In this document: positions 18,127 through 25,235 of the stretch, in pieces
Layout: each line of letters starts with the position of its first letter
Numbering within the stretch: position 1 is the stretch's first letter
Made by a program: the position numbers and the translations under genes
NCBI GenBank assembly: GCA_964464155.1
Contig: CAYXFC010000001.1
Location: 1-27,738 of the forward strand
Length of the DNA stretch: 27,738 nt
Source: an uncultured Pseudomonadales bacterium
GTDB taxonomy: Bacteria > Patescibacteriota > Microgenomatia > UBA1400 > UBA1449
Direction of reading: 5' to 3'
The notes under the pieces: model-generated
Seen by the model: only the letters and a program-made list of their open reading frames with translations
Databases searched by the model: none
What the model was told of the DNA's origin: nothing

Positions 18127-18824
18127 TGCTGTTTTTTCTCCATTTCCTCTTTGAATTGCACATACCAATCAGTTAAAATTTTTGAAACCAAATCTTTGGC
18201 TCCTAAGCCAATTGCTAATCCAAAACCTAAAGATAACATAGATATAAGACCGATAAATAAGATATTAATTAATTCTTTAGCTATACCCAGCTCGTTAATA
18301 GCAGCCATAGCTGCAATAATAACCATTATATAGCTAGCAATTTTTCCAAGCAGTCTGCTTAATTTAACATCAAATTGACCTACTGCACCTTTTACCATAC
18401 TTTCAATAATTCCAGCCAAGAGTACACCAATACCTAAGACAAATATGGCAGATACAATTCGAGGAACATAATTCAAGACGCCGTTTAGTACATCAGAAAT
18501 AGTTGGTATACCAAGCATATTGATCGAGGCCGCTGTAAACAACAAAACTATAAGCCATTTAACTAAACCTCCAATAATTTCTTCGATTTTAGTTTTTACC
18601 TCTGCTTTATCTAAAAACGCTTCAAGAGAAGTTTTTTTTGCTAATTTAGATAAATTTAGTGATTCTAAAATTTTCACAACAATTTTTTTAGCCCATTTTC
18701 CAACCAAAAAACCAACCCCAAAAATTAGAAGTGCTCCGATGAATCTAGGAATAATACTGGAAATTAGAGAAACAGTACCAGCACCTAGAATAAAATCTTG
18801 TAATTGTGTATCGTAATAGGCCAT
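18123..18824 (-). CDS. TM-helix repeat (CmpX / MscS-N-like) membrane protein
   Basis: Duplicated helix motifs IPRFIGALLI..VG and VPRIVSAIFVL.IG; ELGIA..LI.ILF; GLAIGLGAKD. SD AGAAAGGA 6 nt before the ATG. Confidence 0.75.
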   Translation of the reverse strand: MAYYDTQLQDFILGAGTVSLISSIIPRFIGALLIFGVGFLVGKWAKKIVVKILESLNLSKLAKKTSLEAFLDKAEVKTKIEEIIGGLVKWLIVLLFTAASINMLGIPTISDVLNGVLNYVPRIVSAIFVLGIGVLLAGIIESMVKGAVGQFDVKLSRLLGKIASYIMVIIAAMAAINELGIAKELINILFIGLISMLSLGFGLAIGLGAKDLVSKILTDWYVQFKEEMEKKQQ

Positions 18825-18933
18825 AAAGTTTCCTTTCTGATTGTAAATCGGTTTGTGAATCTTTTTTATTCTTATCTATGTCAGCTCTAAAGTCAATAGC
18901 TTGACCTATATATGGGTAATAATTTCTTGTAAG

Positions 18934-18942
18934 TGATATAAT
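18934..18942 (+). promoter_or_regulatory. Extended -10 promoter of rnpB
   Basis: TG-A-TATAAT ending 6 nt before the first base of the RNase P P1 helix. Confidence 0.7.
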
Positions 18943-18948
18943 AAATAT

Positions 18949-19295
18949 ATCTTAAAGGTAGTGCAATGGCTCTGATTCTTTCTTTGAAAGAATCAGAGAG
19001 GAAAGTCCAGGCAGCAAAACATAGGGTGTCCCGTGCAATCGGGAGAAAGTGTAAACTTTACAGTAAGAGCAACAGTGACGAATCTGCGCTTTTAAGCTGA
19101 CAGAATGAAACGCTGACTAATGGTCAGATAGCTGGTACATAATATGGCCAGATTTGGCAATCCTCCCTGCTGCAATCTCCGACAGGTTCGATAAGGTGAT
19201 GTTTCCATAGAACCGAAGATAGAGAGCTTAGAGAAATCATTGCTTCTCCCGATTCATCGGGACTAGACAGAACCTGGCTTATATGCCTTTAAGAT
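18949..19295 (+). ncRNA. rnpB: RNase P RNA (type A-like)
   Basis: Conserved GAGGAAAGTCC and ACAGAACCTGGCTTAT ends. P1 atcttaaaggta/tgcctttaagat; P2 gcaatg/cattgc; P3 ctctgattcttt/aaagaatcagag; P4 ccagg/cctgg; P5 gcagca/tgctgc; P6 aaacat/atgttt; P8, P9, P12, P13, P14, P15, P16 and P19 (tcccgat/atcggga) all pair by eye. Confidence 0.97.
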
Positions 19296-19312
19296 GAAAG
19301 AAAAAAGATTAT

Positions 19313-19924
19313 TTATGCTCCTGTAACAACTGGCTGTGAAATTTGAGTTTGAGGAACTTCGTTTGATTGCAAATGTTTGTGAAATTCTGATAATAAAAAG
19401 CCCTCACAAATAAGCCCTTTATCCTTAAAGCTTTCATGGAGCTCTTCTTTTACCTTTTTTTCAACTTGACCACGATATGTTTTTAATTGATCAAAAGTAA
19501 CCTCAGATAATACAGATAAAATTTTACTATTAGAAACTGGTCTAACTACTTTGGAGATAAAATTTTCACCAATATTTTCCCATATTTGTGGTGCCTGTTG
19601 TCTATTAATTTTGAACAAAATAGACCCTTCAATTTCAACATCGCTACCGTCTTTGGTAGTGGCGATTAAAGGTTTACTACCTAAAGCCTCTTTTGTCACA
19701 TCATGAAAATTCCGACTTATGTTGTATTCTAAAATTTGAGCATTAAACAACTTTGCAATTTGCCAAAAAGGTATCTTAAGGTGTAAGCCAGGTCCCCATG
19801 TTTTATTCAAAACTCCGCGGCCTCGGTCATATAAACAGGCAATATGTCCAGGGGGAACAGAAATAAAAAAGCCGCCTACGACTTCATCTACCAGAAATGA
19901 TACAACTAATTTATCAAATTCCAT
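19313..19924 (-). CDS. SPFH/band-7 (prohibitin-like) domain protein
   Basis: Likely start MEFDK at 19924, with SD GAGG 5 nt upstream. VPPGHIA.LYD.GRGV....GPGLHLKIPFWQ, TKDG..V.IEGSI.F and VVRP motifs. Confidence 0.8.
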   Translation of the reverse strand: MEFDKLVVSFLVDEVVGGFFISVPPGHIACLYDRGRGVLNKTWGPGLHLKIPFWQIAKLFNAQILEYNISRNFHDVTKEALGSKPLIATTKDGSDVEIEGSILFKINRQQAPQIWENIGENFISKVVRPVSNSKILSVLSEVTFDQLKTYRGQVEKKVKEELHESFKDKGLICEGFLLSEFHKHLQSNEVPQTQISQPVVTGA

Positions 19925-19969
19925 ATATGCCTCATTATAGTTTGCGCTAAAGATAAATAACAAGTGCCT

Positions 19970-19998
19970 ATTATAACACATTATAGGATTATTATCAA
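19970..19998 (-). promoter_or_regulatory. sigma70-type promoter of the SPFH gene
   Basis: Minus strand: TTGATA (19998..19993), 17-nt spacer ending in TGT, TATAAT (19975..19970). Confidence 0.7.
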
Positions 19999-20061
19999 TT
20001 TTTATTTAGCATAAATAAGTAGTTAAAAACTGTTTGCTATTAATATACAAATCACGAATTA

Positions 20062-20095
20062 TATCAATATAGTAAGTATATATTACTTATTGATA
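20062..20095. repeat. Imperfect inverted repeat in the divergent promoter region
   Basis: tatcaata(t)agtaa-gtatata-ttacttattgata: 13-bp arms with one bulge. Confidence 0.6.
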
Positions 20096-20210
20096 AGGAA
20101 CAGTCCATCTTTATAATTAAATCAAATTTTTACTAAGTAAATCTTCATTATAATTTAATCCTGATAAGGTTATATATATTAACAAGTAAAAAATTAAGAG
20201 AAAGGATTAC

Positions 20211-20900
20211 ATGCTTAACTATCAAAAGATGATTGACCAGAATTTTCAATATTCCGAAATAATGAAACAAATCCTAGACGTTAAAAAATTACCGGTTGAA
20301 ATCTTTCCCACTATTACTGTCTCACGAGATCCAGGATCGGGTGGTAGGGATATTGCTGAAAAAGTAGCCTCAAAACTGGGACTTGAATATTTAGAAAAGA
20401 AAAAATTAATGAAAATGATAGTAAAAAAAGCTGGCCTTGATACACATTTAGTCGAAGAGGCCTTAAGAGAAGAAACCTTATCACCATGGGAATCAATTAT
20501 AAATAATTTTTTGGGATTAAAAAAACTAGACGAATATACTTTTATAAGAACTTTGATAGAAGTATTGCTCGAAACCGCAGCTAAAAAACCATTTGTAGTA
20601 TTAGGCAGAGGAGCTAATTTTATTCTTCCCCCGGAAGCTACTTTGAGAGTTAGGGTAACTGCTCCGCGCAGAGTATTAATTAAATATGCTATGCAGTTTG
20701 AAAATAAGAACAGAATGGAGGCAAGGCAAACGATTGATAAATATTTGAAGTCACGCCGAGATTATGTTTATAAATATTTTTCTAAAGACATTAAAAAATC
20801 TCATTATTATGATCTTTGTTTAAGTACCGAATTTTTATCAATTGATCAAGCCACAGATATTGCAGTAGCAGCTTTTAAGGGGAAATTTGATATCAGATAA
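20211..20900 (+). CDS. Cytidylate-kinase-like family protein (Cytidylate_kin2)
   Basis: P-loop ITVSRDPGSGGRDIA, VVLGRGANFIL, LRVRVTAP, R..Y...Y...D......YDL.L; SD AAAGGA upstream. Confidence 0.85.
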   Translation: MLNYQKMIDQNFQYSEIMKQILDVKKLPVEIFPTITVSRDPGSGGRDIAEKVASKLGLEYLEKKKLMKMIVKKAGLDTHLVEEALREETLSPWESIINNFLGLKKLDEYTFIRTLIEVLLETAAKKPFVVLGRGANFILPPEATLRVRVTAPRRVLIKYAMQFENKNRMEARQTIDKYLKSRRDYVYKYFSKDIKKSHYYDLCLSTEFLSIDQATDIAVAAFKGKFDIR

Positions 20901-20960
20901 AAATTAAAATCATAATACCTTGATTCATTAGCATGATAGATTGAAAGGAGAGGATAAATT

Positions 20961-21131
20961 ATGAACAGTAAAGTTAAAGTATTATTACAAAAACAGGAGG
21001 CTGAAAAAGATACGGTGTTTGAATCAGTTATTAAAGAAATTAGATTTAGTAATTGGCAGAAAAAAGTAGCAAGTCATATACGCAAACGAATGCGGCAAGG
21101 ATATGATTTTTTATCTTCAGTGAGGAGTTAG
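20961..21131 (+). CDS. Small hypothetical protein, 56 aa (not in the ORF track)
   Basis: MNSKVKVLLQKQEAEKDTVFESVIKEIRFSNWQKKVASHIRKRMRQGYDFLSSVRS*. Strong SD GAAAGGAGAGG at 20943-20953; the ORF fills the intergenic gap exactly and its stop overlaps the stop of the convergent Mur ligase gene. Confidence 0.65.
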   Translation: MNSKVKVLLQKQEAEKDTVFESVIKEIRFSNWQKKVASHIRKRMRQGYDFLSSVRS

Positions 21132-22483
21132 TAAATTTTAGCTCTAGCAACATTCCATATTGCTTCGCGTCTACAGAGGTTTTGATAATCTTTTTGCGAA
21201 ACTAATAACGAGGCAACGATTTCTTCTAAAAATAAGGTGTTTTGAGATCCCTTTATTAAAACAGTTTCTCCATTTTTAAGAAAACCTGCTTGATTTATCA
21301 GGCCTTTAGTCTCTTTTGGACTAAGCGCAAACACCGTTTGTCCTAGTTGATAACCGTTATTGATAAATATTGGTAGTGCGAAATCCTTCATGGTTGGACC
21401 AACTAATATGACTCTGTCAATTTTTTGACTAACTATATATTTGGCTAAATCTTCATGCTCTTGTTTAGCAATTGTGCCCAATTCTCTTAAATCTCCTAAA
21501 ACAGCCAATGTTTTGTTGGTTCCAATTAGTTTAAGCACATCCAAGGCGTCTTTGGTAGCTAATTTACTAGCGTTATAAGTGCTATCAATAATTGTCGTAG
21601 CATGTTTACCAGCAAAAAGCGACATTCTACCAGGAGGTAGACGGAATTTTTGTAAAGCTTGGGCTATCTGCTTAGGATCCAAACCAAAACTTATGCCAAT
21701 AATAATAGCCATGGCAACTCCATAAAGATTAATAAATGATATTAAAGTATGAGGGTTATGAATTTCTATATGGTTATAGTTAATATTTCTACCAATCAAA
21801 GAAGCTAATTTTGCAGGATTAAGACCAAAATCAATATTAGTACCATTAAAACTAAGTTTATGTTCCAATAACCAAATCAAATCATTATTATCACTATTGA
21901 ATGTAATTTTTTGTATTGGAGTTTTTATTTGTTTTATAACATCTTTAATAGCTGTATCATCTTCATTTACCAGGATAAGTGATTTAGTTTTTTTTACCGC
22001 TTCACTTTGGTCATCAAGCATATTTTGGTAAACTTGTTGATCAGTTAAACCAGAAAAATTTGCTGTATGCGCAGGTGAAGCACTTATCCAACAGCAGATA
22101 TCTGGCTTGATTAGATTGGTATGTAACTTCATTTCACCATCTCTATCAGTATCCAGTTCACATAAATAAATTTTTTCTTTATAAGTTTTTAATCCGGCGA
22201 ATGGAGCTTTGATAAGTAAAATTAACCATTCAAAGGCGCTGAAACTATGTTGAGTAAGCCCAATAATATTAAGAGGAATTGAGCTGGCGGCATTAGTTTT
22301 ATAAGAAGTTTTGATACTAACGTGATTTTTTAGAACCTGCTCAATCATCAACATGGTACTAGTTTTTCCCGCACTTCCAACAACAGCAATAATAATTGGC
22401 TTCCATCTTCTCAATACCAACTTAGCCCAAATTTGGAAATATTTAGTAAACAAGTAATATAGTTGAAGTTTGATTGAGATCAT
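21128..22483 (-). CDS. murF: Mur ligase, MurF-like
   Basis: P-loop VVGSAGKTST, PPGRM, IIDSTYNAS, VLGDLRELG...EHE and LIKGSQ motifs. ATGA overlap with the sppA stop. Substrate assignment is less sure than the family call. Confidence 0.75.
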   Translation of the reverse strand: MISIKLQLYYLFTKYFQIWAKLVLRRWKPIIIAVVGSAGKTSTMLMIEQVLKNHVSIKTSYKTNAASSIPLNIIGLTQHSFSAFEWLILLIKAPFAGLKTYKEKIYLCELDTDRDGEMKLHTNLIKPDICCWISASPAHTANFSGLTDQQVYQNMLDDQSEAVKKTKSLILVNEDDTAIKDVIKQIKTPIQKITFNSDNNDLIWLLEHKLSFNGTNIDFGLNPAKLASLIGRNINYNHIEIHNPHTLISFINLYGVAMAIIIGISFGLDPKQIAQALQKFRLPPGRMSLFAGKHATTIIDSTYNASKLATKDALDVLKLIGTNKTLAVLGDLRELGTIAKQEHEDLAKYIVSQKIDRVILVGPTMKDFALPIFINNGYQLGQTVFALSPKETKGLINQAGFLKNGETVLIKGSQNTLFLEEIVASLLVSQKDYQNLCRREAIWNVARAKIY

Positions 22484-23493
22484 TTTTGCACCAAATATGT
22501 TTTAGGCAAAAAAGGTAAAGCTTGTATAAGACTATAAATATCTGGTATGCGTACCGAACTAAATAAATCGTTCCATACAGATCCTGTATTATACTCAACT
22601 ATTTGATAGTCCTGGATATTTGCCAGTGACTTTGCCTGATAAAATGCTTCATCCATATTTCCTAAACTATCTATTAAACCGTTATCTTTAGCTTGAGAAC
22701 CAGAATATATTAGACCATTTGCCAGTAATTTTACTTGTTCTATGGTCATTTTTCTACCATCAGCCACTCTTTTAATAAACAAGTTATAAGTGTTTTCATT
22801 TAGACTATCAATAATTTTACGTTCTTGATCAGTAATTTCTCGAGAATCATTAAGAATATCTTTATACTCTCCCTGCTTAAAGGTATTTTTACTAACTCCA
22901 ATTTTTTTATATAAATCTTCCAAGTTATATGTTTCCATGATTACTCCAATCGATCCAGTTAAAGTTGAAGGATTAGCCACGATAAAATCAGCACTTGAAG
23001 CAATATAATAAGCTCCCGATGCTGCTAGGTCACCCATTAAGAAAACTACCGGTTTTTGAGTATTATTCTTAAAATCCACAATTTGTTCATAAATTCTATC
23101 TGAAGCAACAGGAGAACCCCCTGGAGAGTTAATATCAAAAACAATCGCTTTTACTTGGGGGTCAGATTTGGCTTTAGCCAAGACCTCACGAAATAAATTT
23201 GGAGTAATTACATTATCAGTTGAAGATAATATACTATTTTGATTTTCACTAACTATAACTCCAGTTAATGAGACCAATGCAATCTTATCGCTTACGTTAT
23301 TGTTTTGAATTATTTTTTCAGAAACAGTTGATAGATTAGAACTTGTTGATGCAGAATTTACAATCAAACCTAAAATTAGAAAGAAGACAAAACATATCAT
23401 TATAAGAGCAAAAACACTAACAAATACAGAGCGTATCCACACAGAAAGCTTTTTTAATACATCATATATAAAACGGCCAATAATATTAAGCAT
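22480..23493 (-). CDS. sppA: Signal peptide peptidase SppA (single-domain S49)
   Basis: N-terminal TM; INSPGGS, AASGAYYIAS.AD, TGSIGV, GEYKD, R....SGSQA...GLID motifs. Confidence 0.93.
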   Translation of the reverse strand: MLNIIGRFIYDVLKKLSVWIRSVFVSVFALIMICFVFFLILGLIVNSASTSSNLSTVSEKIIQNNNVSDKIALVSLTGVIVSENQNSILSSTDNVITPNLFREVLAKAKSDPQVKAIVFDINSPGGSPVASDRIYEQIVDFKNNTQKPVVFLMGDLAASGAYYIASSADFIVANPSTLTGSIGVIMETYNLEDLYKKIGVSKNTFKQGEYKDILNDSREITDQERKIIDSLNENTYNLFIKRVADGRKMTIEQVKLLANGLIYSGSQAKDNGLIDSLGNMDEAFYQAKSLANIQDYQIVEYNTGSVWNDLFSSVRIPDIYSLIQALPFLPKTYLVQK

Positions 23494-23525
23494 AGTAAGG
23501 ATTAGAAATTATCTACATTACCTAT

Positions 23526-23531
23526 TATACT
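23526..23531 (+). promoter_or_regulatory. -10 element 7 nt before the DUF4012 gene ATG (leaderless candidate)
   Basis: TATACT-tataact-ATG within a divergent gap of only 45 bp; no SD. Confidence 0.5.
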
Positions 23532-23538
23532 TATAACT

Positions 23539-25233
23539 ATGAGAATTGGTAGAGTTGTGCGTTTTAGCCTCATTAGTTTGCTTTTTGTATGTGCTGCATA
23601 CATTACTATTTTATTTAGTTTGCTTCTGACCAGCTATGTGGCAATAAAAAACGGATCATGGTCAACTGTGGAAAAAACTACCTATTTAATAAACAATCTT
23701 ACTCAATTTAGTAACTCGTTAGGTATATTAGGTCGCCCCATACAAGTAATCTATCATAGCAACCAGGCATTGTTACACACGATCTCGTTAGGCAAATCTT
23801 TAGAGTCTTTATTTAAATCAGTTACCAACATAGATAGTACTGACTTTTCTTTAGTTTATGACCAATTTTATCTAAATTATTTAGAGCTTAAAAAAGACAT
23901 TTCATTTTTAACAGCGCAATCATGGGTGGACTCTTTGCTTAATCAATCTAAAGATCTTAAATTTGCATGGCAATTTTATCAGCAAAATCAAGACTACATA
24001 GATCAAGCTATTATGCTGACACCTGATTTATTAGGAGGAGATAGTGAAAAACATTACACAGTTTTGTTACAAAATAATACTGAGATCAGGCCAACCGGAG
24101 GTTTTATGGGTTCATACGTAACTTTTTATTTTAACAAAGGAAAACTAATAAACTACGAAGTATCTGATATTTATGTCCCAGATGGGGCCATAACTGGACA
24201 TATTGAAGCTCCTATATCTCTGCAGACTGCATTTGGACATGGAACCTGGAAACTGCGTGATAGCAACTGGGATAGTGATTTTACTAAAGCTGCTCAAGAT
24301 ATTGACTGGTTTTTGGAAAGAGGAGGAGCAGGGCGGCGAGATGGGACTGTGGCAGTTAATTTAGAAGTAGTAGAAGAATTGATAAATTATTTAGGTAAAA
24401 TTTCAGTTGGTGATTATAAAGTAGTCTTAACTAAGGAAAATTTGTATGAAACAGCTCAGCATCAGGCGGAAATGAATTTTTTCCCTGGATCAACAGCTAA
24501 AAAAGATTTTCTCCAACAGGCAACAAATCAATTACTTGCTCAAATAAAATTACTTAACCATAATCAGATGGCTAATTTATTCGAGATTATTTCTCATCAA
24601 TTTTTGCAAAAAAATATTCAACTTTATTTCAAAGACGCCCAAGCTCAATCGATAATCGCTAAGTTAGGATGGGATGGAGCAATTGATTGGAAAAAGACTG
24701 AAAAGGGGGTACAGGATTACCTATATATTTCAGAGGCAAATTTGGGAGCCAATAAAGCTAACTGTTGCATTACGCGCGCGGCTCAAAGGAAAGTAACTTT
24801 CACACCTGACAAAGTTATTATTAAACATACAATGAAGATAGATAATAATAATACTACCAATAGGCCACAGCCACCTGAAATTTGGGGAGGAGATTTCCGT
24901 GATTATATTCGCTTTCACCTGCCTTCTTTTGCTAAAAATGTCACCTTCAGCGTTAATAATAATAATAATATTGATACTGATTTAGTAGAAGTTAACAAAC
25001 TAGAAAACAGTGACGTTACTGTTTATGGGTTTTTTGTAGTAATACCTCACCAAGAAAATAAAATTATTACGGTAAATTACGAATTACCCGTGGAACCCAA
25101 AGGACAATATTCACTGTATTTTCAAAAACAATCTGGAATACCCTCTTATCCAATGCTAGTGGAACTAATTAATAACAAAGGAACATTTCAGTCACGTAAA
25201 GATTTAGATCGTGATCAATCTATGCTTTTTTAG
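23539..25233 (+). CDS. DUF4012-domain membrane-anchored protein
   Basis: N-terminal TM; LLQNNTEIRPTGGFMGSY, LRDSNWDSDF, DGTVAVN, NLGANKAN and DYIRFHLP motifs as remembered for DUF4012. Confidence 0.8.
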   Translation: MRIGRVVRFSLISLLFVCAAYITILFSLLLTSYVAIKNGSWSTVEKTTYLINNLTQFSNSLGILGRPIQVIYHSNQALLHTISLGKSLESLFKSVTNIDSTDFSLVYDQFYLNYLELKKDISFLTAQSWVDSLLNQSKDLKFAWQFYQQNQDYIDQAIMLTPDLLGGDSEKHYTVLLQNNTEIRPTGGFMGSYVTFYFNKGKLINYEVSDIYVPDGAITGHIEAPISLQTAFGHGTWKLRDSNWDSDFTKAAQDIDWFLERGGAGRRDGTVAVNLEVVEELINYLGKISVGDYKVVLTKENLYETAQHQAEMNFFPGSTAKKDFLQQATNQLLAQIKLLNHNQMANLFEIISHQFLQKNIQLYFKDAQAQSIIAKLGWDGAIDWKKTEKGVQDYLYISEANLGANKANCCITRAAQRKVTFTPDKVIIKHTMKIDNNNTTNRPQPPEIWGGDFRDYIRFHLPSFAKNVTFSVNNNNNIDTDLVEVNKLENSDVTVYGFFVVIPHQENKIITVNYELPVEPKGQYSLYFQKQSGIPSYPMLVELINNKGTFQSRKDLDRDQSMLF

Positions 25234-25235
25234 TT

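Noticed and set aside
18825-19312. Possible CRISPR array, tRNA, tmRNA or riboswitch in the large GC-richer non-coding gap
   Set aside because: The hairpins are fully explained by the RNase P RNA fold; no repeat-spacer periodicity or cloverleaf was seen.
5084-19981. Longer 5' starts given by the ORF track for dtd (5158), tpi (5810), GT2 (13708), DUF2723 (17374), uppP (18168) and SPFH (19981)
   Set aside because: The extensions overlap the upstream gene or promoter and lack family similarity; the downstream ATGs give stop-start coupling or an SD and match family N-termini.
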